Below are positions 46,099 through 58,094 of a stretch of DNA of 64,000 nt, one piece after another (the stretch's first letter is position 1; every line of letters starts with the position of its first letter). A program made the translations under genes and the position numbers. The stretch covers positions 8,271 through 72,270 of the forward strand of contig JBGQLV010000006.1 in the NCBI GenBank assembly GCA_041500225.1, in the 5' to 3' direction. This stretch comes from Thermodesulfovibrionia bacterium. GTDB taxonomy: Bacteria; Nitrospirota; Thermodesulfovibrionia; Thermodesulfovibrionales; SM23-35. The notes under the pieces were generated by a model that saw only the letters and a list, made by a program, of their open reading frames with translations, did not search any database and was not told the DNA's origin.

Positions 46099-49000
46099 TT
46101 ATACCAGCAGTTTGATTTCCTGTACCTGATGCCTGCCTGAATAAACCGAGCCGTTATGGCCGTCAATACTCAAAAAATCACCTGCCTTTAATATCCGGTT
46201 ATTAAGTTTACATCTCTTTTCATGTTCGCGCACATCTAAATTATTGCAACTTACCACACAGGTCTTTCCCAATCGGTTGGCAATAATAGCAGCATGAGAG
46301 GTTGATCCCCCGCGAGCAGTCAGCAAGCCGTCTGCTGCTGAGATATGTCTTATATCGTCTGGAACAGTATCCGACCTGATTAAAATAAGTGGTGTTTCCG
46401 GGTACTTTTCCCTGAACTCTTGAATTTCATCTAAATCAAAGACAATTCTACCACTAAGGGCACCACCGCCAACACCTATCCCGCTGGAAAGGTAATTGGA
46501 GGATAGTTTCTTAGAAGGGACAAAGGCCATAAAACTTTCTCTTTTTCTAATAGCCATATCACGTGCCTGAAGGATGTAAAGATTCGCAGTGTCTTTCCCT
46601 TCAAAGGTAAATTCAATCTCCTGAGCGCCCCATCTCTCTTTATAGATTAAATCCTTGATTATTTTTAGCAGTGCACTATAAATCTCAGGAAAACTGTCCT
46701 CCAGTGAAATGTCAGATGTTCTTTCTTCGATATGTCTTTGTTCATTAGAGATAGGCAGTGTCTTTACCAGCCCTGAGACTATATCCTCTCCTTGTGCTCC
46801 AAGTGTAAAGTCACCCCATAACATGACTTTATCTCCAGACTCCTGGGGGTTGCGGGTAAAAAGAACCCCTGTTCCTGAATTAGCATCTAAATTACCATAA
46901 ACCATTGCCTGCACAATAACTGCTGTACCCCAGTTTTCAGAAATACCCAATATCTCACGATAATCCCGGGCTTTTTGAGAAAACCAGGATTGAAATACCT
47001 GGGCGATTGCCATATCAAGCTGGATTTTTGGGTCATCAGTTATTTCTATCCCGTTATCCTTAACAGCATCCCGATAAGCAAATGCTACATCTCTCATCTG
47101 CTCAGGTGTAAATTGAATTTTTCTCGGAACCTTATATCTCTCCTTAAAAGAATTGATAATATCGTCGAATTTATTCCTTTCCATGCCAAAAAACATTCCC
47201 CAGCACTGTAAAAACCGTCGATAACAATCCCATACACACCAGGGCTTACCTGTTTGTTTTACTAATCCTGCAATAATAGCTTCGTTAATCCCCACATTTA
47301 AAAATGAATTCATCATGCCAGGCATAGAGATCCCTCCTCCGCTTCTGACTGATACGAGTAATGGATTCTCAGGATCACCGAATCTTTTACCTGTTAGTTT
47401 TTCGAGTCCTGTAATATGTTCATTAATCCTTTCATCCAGATGCTCCCTAACATAACAAAATCTACTGATTGCCTGCTTACAACGAAATACCTCGGTAGTT
47501 ATAATAAAACCCGGGGGAACAGGTATCCCTAAAGATGACATCCTCACAAGGTTGTATCCTTTATTCCCAAGATGAATCCTGTCGTCGGTGGTCTTATCAG
47601 GTGTATGGATACCGGATAATGCCTTTTTAGGGTCATAGCTCATTAATAAATCCAGATCTTGGACATCCAATCTCTCTGCCTGTTCGAATAAAGTTTTTAT
47701 GATATTGCTAATAAAATTATCTAATTGCTGGAGTCCAAAAGAGGTAGCCACAATCTCCCTTAAAAACCGTTCTGAAGTTGTATTTATAAAATCAAACTCG
47801 CTCTGTTCCCTGTGTTTTTCGAGATATTTAGGCAGTATATTTTCTGTCCCAACCTGAGGAATAATATTTTTGAGGTTATTCTTGTGGATGCCGCTATAAT
47901 AGGTATTCAATATATCCTGTACAGCCTCTGAGAAACCCCTGAATATGTCAATATACTGTGAGAAGGAAAATCTTCTTACCTCTAATGCCACGGATAAAAG
48001 TTCCAGTGTATTTTCAAGTCTGTTTGAGGATATCCCGTCCAACTGTAAGGCCTTGAAAAATAAATACGCAAACTTCTTAATCTGGAATAGGGTAGCCCGG
48101 GTAATAAATTTAAAATTAGATGAATTTATTAATTCTTCAAAAAGTATATTGGCCAGATTTTCCATCCGGAAGGTTAAGGCCAGGGCATCAAATTTTCTTT
48201 CCTGGTATCTCCCATACATTGAAGGTATGCCGGCAGCAATATGTCTTTTACGAAAGATATCCTCTACAGCCTCATAGCTTTCAGGAGACAAGATAATATC
48301 TTTTAAGAGTTGTAAATAACTCAGGATACCTTCGAGACGCTGATAGACATTGCCTTCCTCTAAATTATTGATTAGCGACTCTGTATTCGGAAGACCTAAA
48401 CTTTGTGCACGTCTTAACTGTTCCTTGATGTCTTGAGTATTCAGTCTATATTTCTTATTAAGCAACTGATAAAACTTAATAGCAAGAAATACCCGTCTAT
48501 TTTCTCTTTCAGAGAGATTTGGTATATCCTTTATAAGTGTACTGATGTCCTCATCTGTTAGACGTAAAAGATTACTTAAATTATGAATTTCCTTAACACT
48601 AAAAATAGAATTAAAAATAGTACTGATTTCATCAAAATATGGACCTGATGATTTGACTTGCTGATAAATGTCCTCAGGTAGAAATCTTTTTAGATGTGTC
48701 TTATCCTTTGTTCTCCAGAAACTTATAATCTCCTCGATAAAATCAACCACACGGGCAGAGCTTTCAACGTGGCTTTGTTTGCGTAAAAAATGTATAAGTG
48801 AGTCAGCCCTGCCTGTAACGTCGTCTATTTCAGCAGAGACATCTCGTAGTACCCCTTCAGAGCCAATCTCGCTGAAATACACAGGGAATAACTTAGCCAG
48901 TTGTTTAACCAGGTGATAGACTGGTTTGATATCACTGTTCAGGAGTTTGGTAATATCCTTTTGAAATAGATCCGTATCACTTATGTGTATCCCACCCAAA

Positions 49001-50253
49001 CTTAGATTAATAATTAAGGCAGAGATAAGGGATTTAGACCATTTCGGACTATTCTCGATTAACTCCAGCCATACACGGATATTTTTTAAATGGGCGCGAT
49101 TAGATTTAACCTGCCATTCATCAGTGGCACCTTGTATCTCAGGATACTGGAATCCAAGTGAAATAATTTTCTGTATATACCATTCAACAAGATTACTATC
49201 GCCCAGATTAAATATCTCATTACCGATGCTCTGGACACAATATAGAGCTGTTTCAGGATAACTGATCAGACTTTTTTTCAAAACACCAAAAGTCCCGGAA
49301 AGCATGACCTTTATTTGTTCAGGTTCCTCCATCTTAATAGCGGTCGAGAGCGCACGATTAATCTCTCTGAGAGTGCCTTCATGAATGCCGGAAAGGCCTT
49401 TAGTTTCCATAATTTTAAGGAGATATGCTACCTTTAAGTTGAGGTCCTTATGCACATCGCCAGTCTGGAATAACAGACCGGAAAGATCCTCGTAGAACCC
49501 AACCATTTGCAAATAACCGGGTAGTTTTAAGAGCTCTTCTAAAAGCAAGTATTGATCCGTAATTTTTTTAAGACTGCTCAAATGAAGAACTAATCCCTTC
49601 AAGTTAGCATGTGATATAGGATAAATTGATTCTTCTAACTCTTTGTATTTGTCTTCATTTAAGGCAAAATCTGCTTTGTGTTTTAACCAGGTTACAGGGT
49701 CTTCTTCCTCCAGCCAATATTCATAAGTTATTAAAAGAGATTTAGAGAGCAAGTCATTAACACCCTTGACATCAAAGCGGGTAGGCATTTTTGCAAGTAT
49801 GATCTGGCCCAGCTTTTTCAGTTGATGAGGATTAGTAATGAGAAAAAAGAATTGTTTTTCCTGTAGCTGATTAAGCCTGGCAATACAGTTCTGAAATACA
49901 GGTTCATATTTATAAAGGTCTTGATTACCGTCTATCAGGATTTTTTCAAGGTAAAAGACAAGGCTGTCAACGGCTGCCTGCTGTATATTTATATCAGGAG
50001 AGGTTATAGCATCTAAAAAAATATCTGCAATAATCTTAAGTACCTCTATCCCCTTTTCGTGATGATCGTGTAAATAAAAATTTTTAAGTGCATAGGCACG
50101 TAGTTCATTTACAATAAAACCCCAATTTTTAGGATGACGATTTAACTCTTGCAATAAGGGCTCGGTGGCGCTCAGGATGCCTGGGTAGTCTTTAACTACT
50201 TCTCGCAAGATATCGTATTTTGATTGAGTCGCTATCTCGTTAACTGGATTCAA
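46099..50253 (-). CDS. large protein: ~870-aa unknown N-terminal region + PPDK-type ATP-grasp + phospho-histidine swivel domain, no PEP/pyruvate domain
   Basis: GNKGYNLVRMSSLGIPVPPGF, LLVSVRSGGGISMPGMMNSFLNVG, GTAVIVQAMVYGN ... GAQGEDIVSG, and the catalytic His motif GGSTSHAAIIANRLG. The ORF ends ~45 aa after that motif. Confidence 0.8.
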   Translation of the reverse strand: MNPVNEIATQSKYDILREVVKDYPGILSATEPLLQELNRHPKNWGFIVNELRAYALKNFYLHDHHEKGIEVLKIIADIFLDAITSPDINIQQAAVDSLVFYLEKILIDGNQDLYKYEPVFQNCIARLNQLQEKQFFFLITNPHQLKKLGQIILAKMPTRFDVKGVNDLLSKSLLITYEYWLEEEDPVTWLKHKADFALNEDKYKELEESIYPISHANLKGLVLHLSSLKKITDQYLLLEELLKLPGYLQMVGFYEDLSGLLFQTGDVHKDLNLKVAYLLKIMETKGLSGIHEGTLREINRALSTAIKMEEPEQIKVMLSGTFGVLKKSLISYPETALYCVQSIGNEIFNLGDSNLVEWYIQKIISLGFQYPEIQGATDEWQVKSNRAHLKNIRVWLELIENSPKWSKSLISALIINLSLGGIHISDTDLFQKDITKLLNSDIKPVYHLVKQLAKLFPVYFSEIGSEGVLRDVSAEIDDVTGRADSLIHFLRKQSHVESSARVVDFIEEIISFWRTKDKTHLKRFLPEDIYQQVKSSGPYFDEISTIFNSIFSVKEIHNLSNLLRLTDEDISTLIKDIPNLSERENRRVFLAIKFYQLLNKKYRLNTQDIKEQLRRAQSLGLPNTESLINNLEEGNVYQRLEGILSYLQLLKDIILSPESYEAVEDIFRKRHIAAGIPSMYGRYQERKFDALALTFRMENLANILFEELINSSNFKFITRATLFQIKKFAYLFFKALQLDGISSNRLENTLELLSVALEVRRFSFSQYIDIFRGFSEAVQDILNTYYSGIHKNNLKNIIPQVGTENILPKYLEKHREQSEFDFINTTSERFLREIVATSFGLQQLDNFISNIIKTLFEQAERLDVQDLDLLMSYDPKKALSGIHTPDKTTDDRIHLGNKGYNLVRMSSLGIPVPPGFIITTEVFRCKQAISRFCYVREHLDERINEHITGLEKLTGKRFGDPENPLLVSVRSGGGISMPGMMNSFLNVGINEAIIAGLVKQTGKPWCVWDCYRRFLQCWGMFFGMERNKFDDIINSFKERYKVPRKIQFTPEQMRDVAFAYRDAVKDNGIEITDDPKIQLDMAIAQVFQSWFSQKARDYREILGISENWGTAVIVQAMVYGNLDANSGTGVLFTRNPQESGDKVMLWGDFTLGAQGEDIVSGLVKTLPISNEQRHIEERTSDISLEDSFPEIYSALLKIIKDLIYKERWGAQEIEFTFEGKDTANLYILQARDMAIRKRESFMAFVPSKKLSSNYLSSGIGVGGGALSGRIVFDLDEIQEFREKYPETPLILIRSDTVPDDIRHISAADGLLTARGGSTSHAAIIANRLGKTCVVSCNNLDVREHEKRCKLNNRILKAGDFLSIDGHNGSVYSGRHQVQEIKLLV

Positions 50254-50419
50254 TTTTAAATACCTCTTTGTTCATTATATAATAGAAGGCATAAAATTTT
50301 ACATTATCCAGGTTTTTTGTGGAAAATAGATACAGGAAAGCCTGCCTCATAATTGGCTTTATTAAAGTTTGTTGTTCTATCTATATTTTGGAGTTTTTTT
50401 AGGATAGGGGTATTTTCAA

Positions 50420-51055
50420 GTGAAGGTCTGTGAGATTTTTGCAAGCATTCAGGGAGAATCAAGTTACGCAGGCATGCCTTGTACATTCATAAGGATGACA
50501 GGCTGTAATCTCAGGTGTTCTTATTGTGATACAAAGTATGCATATAATGAAGGCAGAGAGCTCTCAGAGGAGGATATTATAGGAGAGGTCAAACGTTATG
50601 GTATAAGCCTTGTTGAGATTACAGGCGGGGAACCGTTACTTCAGAAAGAGGTTTTTCATCTGGTCAAAAAACTGCTTGATGAGAAATACAAAGTATTAAT
50701 AGAGACAAACGGTTCGATGAATATAGAAGATGTTGATAAAAGGGCAGTCGTGATACTTGATATAAAGACACCCGGCAGTGGTATGAGTGAAAAGATGGAT
50801 TTATCAAACCTTGAAAATATAAAAAGTACTGATGAAATAAAGTTTGTAGTAACAAACAGGACTGATTATGAATGGTCAAAGGATGTAATTCATAAATACA
50901 ATTTAATAAATAAGTGCCATCTCCTTCTGTCACCTGCATATGGAATCCTTCCTCCTGAAGACCTTGCGAGATGGATGATCAAAGACAGACTCAAAGCCCG
51001 TTTGAACCTTCAGCTTCATAAATATATTTTCGGCCCTTACAGAAAGGAAATATAA
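50420..51055 (+). CDS. queE: 7-carboxy-7-deazaguanine synthase (radical SAM)
   Basis: EIFASIQGES and the cluster motif CNLRCSYCDT. GTG start. Confidence 0.85.
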   Translation: MKVCEIFASIQGESSYAGMPCTFIRMTGCNLRCSYCDTKYAYNEGRELSEEDIIGEVKRYGISLVEITGGEPLLQKEVFHLVKKLLDEKYKVLIETNGSMNIEDVDKRAVVILDIKTPGSGMSEKMDLSNLENIKSTDEIKFVVTNRTDYEWSKDVIHKYNLINKCHLLLSPAYGILPPEDLARWMIKDRLKARLNLQLHKYIFGPYRKEI

Positions 51056-51135
51056 ACCAATTCAAAAATAGAAAAAATATTAGGGTTGTAATATAATAAG
51101 GCTTATTTAATTACGAACAGGTGAGGAACAGGTTT

Positions 51136-51204
51136 GTCATTCCGCACTTGATGCGGAATCCAGTTTGTTTGTATTTTCTGGATTCCTGCTTTCGCAGGAA
51201 TGAC
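51136..51204. repeat. GTCATTCC...GGAATGAC double-hairpin element, copy C
   Basis: GTCATTCCGCA-CTTGA-TGCGGAATCCAG ... CTGGATTCCTGC-TTTC-GCAGGAATGAC. Confidence 0.85.
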
Positions 51205-51259
51205 AAGCAATAAATTATAATGACTGTACCCCGAAGCCAAGCTTCGAGGATTTTTTTAG

Positions 51260-52968
<1,709 letters not shown>

Positions 52969-52978
52969 TAACGGAAAG

Positions 52979-53076
52979 ACAGGATACTATATTTTCGCTC
53001 ATTCTCGGTCGTAACGACCTCCGAGGTAAATTCTTCCGAAAAAAGAATTTAGATCCACTCAAATACTGTGTCCTGT
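52979..53076 (+). repeat. copy 2 of the 80-100 nt leader element (upstream of the sulfite-reductase-like gene)
   Basis: The core at 52989-53024 matches 23091-23126 at 34/36. Closing helix ACAGGATAC (52979-87) / GTGTCCTGT (53068-76), with one T-G pair. Internal hairpin AAATTCTT-CCGAAA-AAGAATTT. Confidence 0.7.
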
Positions 53077-53109
53077 ATTTTCTTAAAATATAAAAAAGGA
53101 GGAGAGATT

Positions 53110-53769
53110 ATGAGTAAAACTCCGAAAGGAGCTATTTTACAGAGAGACAAAGAAACATATGCGATTGTGCCGAGGATTCCGATGGGGGTCTTAACTCCCG
53201 GGATTCTTGAGAATCTGGCTAAGGTCGCACGTAAATATAAAGTCAGGATAATAAAGATAACCTCAGGTCAGCGTATTGCTCTTGTAGGAATTAAACCCGG
53301 GGATGTTGACAATGCGTGGAAAGACCTTACAATGGAAGTCGGGCCAGCAGAAGGACTATGCGTTCATTACGTGCAGGCATGTCCAGGTACTGAAACCTGC
53401 AAGTTCGGCCAAAGGGATTCACTCGGACTTGCAGCTAAGGTCGAAAAGTCATATGTAGGCAAGCAGGGATATATTCCGGCTAAGACGAAGATTGGCATAT
53501 CAGGCTGCAAACTGTGCTGTGCTGAAAGCTATTTGAGAGACATTGGTGCCATCGCTGCACCGGAAGGTTGGACTGTTGTAGTCGGTGGTAATTCCGGAGG
53601 CAGACCTCGTATTGGAGATGTTATAGCGGAAAAGCTCTCTGAAGAGCAAACAATTGAACTTATAAAGAAGTGTCTTGATTATTATTCAAAAAATGCAAAT
53701 CCCAGAGAAAGAATGCCGAGATTCATCCAGCGCATCGGCATAGAGGAATTCAAGAAAGCCGGACTTTAA
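53110..53769 (+). CDS. small nitrite/sulfite-reductase-like 4Fe-4S/siroheme domain protein
   Basis: ATG 53110 after AAGGAGGAG. Cluster motif CPGTETC ... CKLCC (CX5C...CX3C). About 220 aa. Confidence 0.7.
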   Translation: MSKTPKGAILQRDKETYAIVPRIPMGVLTPGILENLAKVARKYKVRIIKITSGQRIALVGIKPGDVDNAWKDLTMEVGPAEGLCVHYVQACPGTETCKFGQRDSLGLAAKVEKSYVGKQGYIPAKTKIGISGCKLCCAESYLRDIGAIAAPEGWTVVVGGNSGGRPRIGDVIAEKLSEEQTIELIKKCLDYYSKNANPRERMPRFIQRIGIEEFKKAGL

Positions 53770-53823
53770 TGGAACCTTTAATATTTAAGCAAATATCCTT
53801 TATTTTTATTATAATTACATCTA

Positions 53824-54555
53824 ATGAGAAAAGGGATTTATATACTTCCAAACACACTGACGCTTTGCGGGATGTTTTCCGGGTTTTATTCAATACTCGC
53901 AACGCTCAAAGGAGATTATGTTCATGCTGCCTGGGCTGTAATGATAGCTGCTATATTCGATGGTCTTGATGGCTGGGTAGCAAGGCTTACACACAGCACC
54001 ACAAGGTTTGGGATAGAATTGGATTCTCTTTCAGATCTTGTTGCTTTTGGTGTTGCACCAGCAGTGATGCTCTACAAATGGTCTCTTCTGCCTTTTGGTC
54101 GGGTTGGCTGGGCAGCTGCATTTCTATTTGTAACATGTGGTGCACTGAGGCTTGCCAGATACAACATTCAGATGGGCTCGAAAGAATCGAAGTCATTCAC
54201 TGGAATGCCTATCCCTGGCGCTGCTATGATTATCGCAACACTCATAATCTTTTATCATGAAATGTGGGAAACAGTCCCTGTTAAAAATTATTTTATACTT
54301 GTTTTTACATTTTTTCTTGCAGTGCTTATGGTAAGTACATTGAGATTTCACGGCGCAAAAGAGTTGGATTTCAGCAAAAGAAAGCCGTTCTGGATCTTAG
54401 TTGCAATAGTTATTGTCTTTGTGCTGATAGTTATACATCCGCCGGTAGCACTTTTTATATTTGCAATGATTTATCTGATTGGCGGCATAATTGAAAACAT
54501 AGTTTTATATTACAGGAAAGGGAAGCAAATGAATAAGGCAGGTATTAAACAATGA
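53824..54555 (+). CDS. pssA: CDP-diacylglycerol-serine O-phosphatidyltransferase
   Basis: CDP-alcohol phosphatidyltransferase motif DGLDGWVAR ... G.ELDSLSD. Multiple TM helices. Confidence 0.9.
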   Translation: MRKGIYILPNTLTLCGMFSGFYSILATLKGDYVHAAWAVMIAAIFDGLDGWVARLTHSTTRFGIELDSLSDLVAFGVAPAVMLYKWSLLPFGRVGWAAAFLFVTCGALRLARYNIQMGSKESKSFTGMPIPGAAMIIATLIIFYHEMWETVPVKNYFILVFTFFLAVLMVSTLRFHGAKELDFSKRKPFWILVAIVIVFVLIVIHPPVALFIFAMIYLIGGIIENIVLYYRKGKQMNKAGIKQ

Positions 54556-56063
54556 GGAGAATAAAAATATTTGATACCACACTCCGTGATGGCGAGCAGT
54601 CGCCGGGCGCATCCATGAATATTGAGGAAAAATTGACACTTGCAAAACAGCTTGCACGACTCGGTGTTGATATTATTGAGGCCGGATTTGCGTTCAGTTC
54701 ACCTGGTGATTTTGAGGCAATAAAAACCATAAGCAATGAAGTAGAAGGGCCGATTATATGCAGTCTTGCCAGGGCAAGGGAAGAGGATGTAAGAAGGGCA
54801 TGGGAGGCGCTCAGTACCGCTCCAAAGAGAAGGATTCATACATTCCATTCTACGTCTGATATCCATCTCAAATATCAGTTCCGCGTAAGCAGGGAAGAGG
54901 CATTAAAAAGGTCTGTTGAGATGGTCAAACTTGCAAGGAGCCTTGTCGAGGATGTAGAGTTCTCACCTATGGATGCAACCAGAACCGATATCGGTTACCT
55001 TTGTGAGGTTGTCGAGGCTGTTATAGAGGCAGGCGCTTCAACAGTAAATATACCTGATACAGTTGGATACAGCATTCCGATTGAGTTCGGGGCAATGATA
55101 AAGGCTATCCACGACAGGGTTAAAAATATTGAAAAGGCTGTGATTTCGGTGCACTGCCATAATGACCTTGGCCTTGCAGTAGCAAATTCGCTATCAGCTG
55201 TTTTAAACGGAGCTGGACAAATTGAATGCACTATAAATGGTATTGGAGAGCGTGCGGGAAATTGTTCCATGGAGGAGGTTGTGATGGCCCTGAGGACAAG
55301 GCGCGATATTTTTAATTCTGATACAGGAATAAATACAGAAGAGATAACACGCAGCAGCAGGCTTGTAACAAAGATAACCGGGATTTCCGTACAGCCGAAT
55401 AAAGCGATTGTGGGGGCTAATGCCTTTGCACACGAATCCGGTATCCATCAGGACGGGCTTCTTAAGGAGAAGTCTACTTATGAGATTATCAGACCTGAAA
55501 GTATAGGTCTTCATTCTACAAAGTTTGTTCTCGGCAAACATTCCGGACGTCATGCCTTTAAAACAAGACTAAAAGAGCTTGGTCATGTTCTCACAGATGA
55601 AGAGCTGAATAAGGCATTCGAGCGTTTTAAAAAGCTTGCTGATCAAAAGAAAGATATATTTGATGAAGATATCGAGGCATTGGTTTCCGAAGAGGTTGCA
55701 AAGGTCCCCGAGGTTTATAAGCTTATTGATTTGTATATTGTAAGCGGTTTGAATCAGAAGCCTACAGCAACTGTAAAACTTAAAGTCGGCGAGAATGTAA
55801 TAGACAGGATGGAGCACGGTGACGGTCCTGTGGATGCAACGTATAAAGCTATTGCATCTATAACAGATACAAAAAGTAATTTGCTGAAATTTGAGGTCAA
55901 AGGAATTACAGGCGGTACAGATGCCCTTGGAGAGGTGATAGTTTCACTTGAGGAAGAAGGCAGGGCTGTAAGGGGCCATGGAGCTGACACAGATATAATA
56001 ATTGCTTCTGCAAAGGCTTATATAAATGCACTTAATAAGCTGGCAGCAAGAAAGAAGCAGTAA
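54552..56063 (+). CDS. leuA: 2-isopropylmalate synthase
   Basis: IFDTTLRDGEQSPG, HCHNDLGLAVAN, and a C-terminal LeuA dimerisation/regulatory domain. ATGA overlap with pssA. Confidence 0.95.
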   Translation: MRRIKIFDTTLRDGEQSPGASMNIEEKLTLAKQLARLGVDIIEAGFAFSSPGDFEAIKTISNEVEGPIICSLARAREEDVRRAWEALSTAPKRRIHTFHSTSDIHLKYQFRVSREEALKRSVEMVKLARSLVEDVEFSPMDATRTDIGYLCEVVEAVIEAGASTVNIPDTVGYSIPIEFGAMIKAIHDRVKNIEKAVISVHCHNDLGLAVANSLSAVLNGAGQIECTINGIGERAGNCSMEEVVMALRTRRDIFNSDTGINTEEITRSSRLVTKITGISVQPNKAIVGANAFAHESGIHQDGLLKEKSTYEIIRPESIGLHSTKFVLGKHSGRHAFKTRLKELGHVLTDEELNKAFERFKKLADQKKDIFDEDIEALVSEEVAKVPEVYKLIDLYIVSGLNQKPTATVKLKVGENVIDRMEHGDGPVDATYKAIASITDTKSNLLKFEVKGITGGTDALGEVIVSLEEEGRAVRGHGADTDIIIASAKAYINALNKLAARKKQ

Positions 56064-56087
56064 GGCGCTCCCGGTAAATGTTGGCTG

Positions 56088-56795
56088 CTATTTTTCCATC
56101 GTTTTTATCCTTAGTTCTTTTGGCATTTTTTCAATCGCATAGCTTAAAGCTGTCCGGGGCATTATTGTTTTTTTCTTTATTATATAATCAAATATTTCTT
56201 TTTGGTGTGTGTGGCTGGCTGCTTTGAGCATCCAGCCGTAGCCTTTTTGTACTAAATCATCTTGATCTAAAAGCAGAGTATCGGCAATCTCAAAAATATC
56301 TTTTAAAAACTTCCCCTGTTTGGCGGGGATAATGAGAGATACCGCAGAGGCACGACGCATCCAGCGGTTTTTTGATTTAGCCCATTTTTTTAAATCTGAT
56401 AAATATTCAGGATACATTTCCACAAATGCGCCAACGGTATGATTACAGAGGGTATCACACGATGCCCAATTACTGACATAATTATTTACCCATTTTTCGA
56501 ATACTTCAAAATCCTTTGGTTCATAATCTTTGCGGATAAAATAAGACCAATTACAGGCAATAAATGATTCTTCCATGTATCCTGATCGCCAAAGCTCTTC
56601 ACATAAATCAAAAATTTCCGTTTTCTTTTTGTCTTTAATGGTTTTAAAGTATTCTTTTCCGATTTTGCTTACAATAGCGGTTTTTATACCATAAAACTTG
56701 ATTTTTTCTTTAAAAAAATTCTGACCTGTTTTTTTGGTTTTTTCGTCACTGTTTTGTTTTAGTTCTTGGCGGATTTTATTAATTATGTTGCTCAT
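56088..56795 (-). CDS. DNA alkylation repair protein (AlkD-like HEAT-like repeats)
   Basis: Length and helical-repeat pattern of the PF08713 family, recalled from memory. ATG 56795 chosen; a GTG at 56813 is also possible. Confidence 0.65.
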   Translation of the reverse strand: MSNIINKIRQELKQNSDEKTKKTGQNFFKEKIKFYGIKTAIVSKIGKEYFKTIKDKKKTEIFDLCEELWRSGYMEESFIACNWSYFIRKDYEPKDFEVFEKWVNNYVSNWASCDTLCNHTVGAFVEMYPEYLSDLKKWAKSKNRWMRRASAVSLIIPAKQGKFLKDIFEIADTLLLDQDDLVQKGYGWMLKAASHTHQKEIFDYIIKKKTIMPRTALSYAIEKMPKELRIKTMEK

Positions 56796-56848
56796 ATATA
56801 TGTTTTTTAACACCGTTTCTTTTTACTTCTTAAGACCCGAGAAAAATT

Positions 56849-56919
56849 GCAGATAACGTTTCAAGTGCTTGAGAAGGGCGTATCCTTTGGGTGTTAACCT
56901 CAAGCACTCTGTTATCTGC
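56849..56919. other. attC-like palindrome downstream of the DUF433/DUF5615 pair
   Basis: GCAGATAAC-7 nt-GTGCTTGAG-25 nt-CTCAAGCAC-3 nt-GTTATCTGC. Has ..AAC/GTT.. outer boxes and asymmetric internal loops. Confidence 0.4.
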
Positions 56920-56975
56920 CAATGCGGACATATATGATATAATCCATTTTTGATTTTTTAAAGTATTTTTAAAGG

Positions 56976-57338
56976 CTAATCATCTTTACCCCGAATGCGA
57001 ACTTTGGTTTCCTCCGTAATCCATAAGTGCTGGTTAAGAGGCTCTTGCTGAATAAGAGGAAGAATGCTTTGAAAAACTTTTATAACGTGCTGTTTTGCTT
57101 GACTACCAACTCTTAAAACAATAATCCCTGAAAACTCTTGTGGCGGATATGCTCTGATGTCTGAGAAATCTGTATCCAATGTAACCAGAACACGATTTTC
57201 ACTCTCGCATACATCTATAAGAATGGGGTCTCTTGCGCCTTGCAGTTGTTGCTCATTTACAGTTTTTGCATTATGTCCAGCATTAGTAAGCAGTTCTGCA
57301 ATCTCAATGGGCAGGTTTTCATCTATCTTAAACTGCAT
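56976..57338 (-). CDS. DUF5615-family PIN-like putative toxin
   Basis: MQFKIDENLP ... LVTLDTDFSDI, a pattern typical of Mut7-C/DUF5615 proteins paired with DUF433. Confidence 0.7.
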   Translation of the reverse strand: MQFKIDENLPIEIAELLTNAGHNAKTVNEQQLQGARDPILIDVCESENRVLVTLDTDFSDIRAYPPQEFSGIIVLRVGSQAKQHVIKVFQSILPLIQQEPLNQHLWITEETKVRIRGKDD

Positions 57339-57344
57339 ATTTAT

Positions 57345-57671
<327 letters not shown>

Positions 57672-57917
57672 TTAAGCAGTTACTAATTTTTCTTCACTTT
57701 GGATTATGATTTTGGGATTTGGATTTTTGGGAAGAATAGGTAACCCTTGTTCTTTAAGCAGATTAACATGTTCTATCATTCCCCACTTTGTTTTGTATAT
57801 GCAGTCCTCGATAGAAGGCCCGATACCAGAAAAACCTTTTAAGTCTGGCGAATAGAATCCAAAATAGTCTGGTTCTTCTGTTGCCTCAATTATTAAAGAA
57901 TATTCTAAATCTATCAT
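57672..57917 (-). CDS. HicB-like (UPF0150) antitoxin-family protein, no hicA seen
   Basis: YSLIIEATEEPDYFGFYSPDLKGFSGIGPSIEDCIYKTKWGMIEHV matches the HicB N-terminal fold pattern. RBS GAGGAGG. Confidence 0.65.
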   Translation of the reverse strand: MIDLEYSLIIEATEEPDYFGFYSPDLKGFSGIGPSIEDCIYKTKWGMIEHVNLLKEQGLPILPKNPNPKIIIQSEEKLVTA

Positions 57918-58094
57918 TTCTCAATCTACCTCCTCTAAAATTGGGCATATGTCGGCGCAAACACACCGTCGGCTCTGAATATTGGAGCGTCGCAAATCCG
58001 GTTGTTAAATGAAGCTTCTGGCATGTTTTAATTAAAACCGTCCCCTTTTCTTTTCCCTAAAAGTCAATAAACAAGTCTGACCCTCTTTTGCCTC

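Noticed and set aside
50254-50419. Possible preQ1 riboswitch upstream of queE
   Set aside because: I looked for the short hairpin plus A-rich tail (..CCC...AAAAAACTA-like) and did not see it. I have no support for a riboswitch here.
57918-58094. Expected attC after the 203-aa ORF (GTTGTTA at 58001-58007; direct repeats GTCGGCGCAAAC / GCGTCGCAAATC)
   Set aside because: I could not construct a convincing R/L-box palindrome. Only weak short pairings are present.
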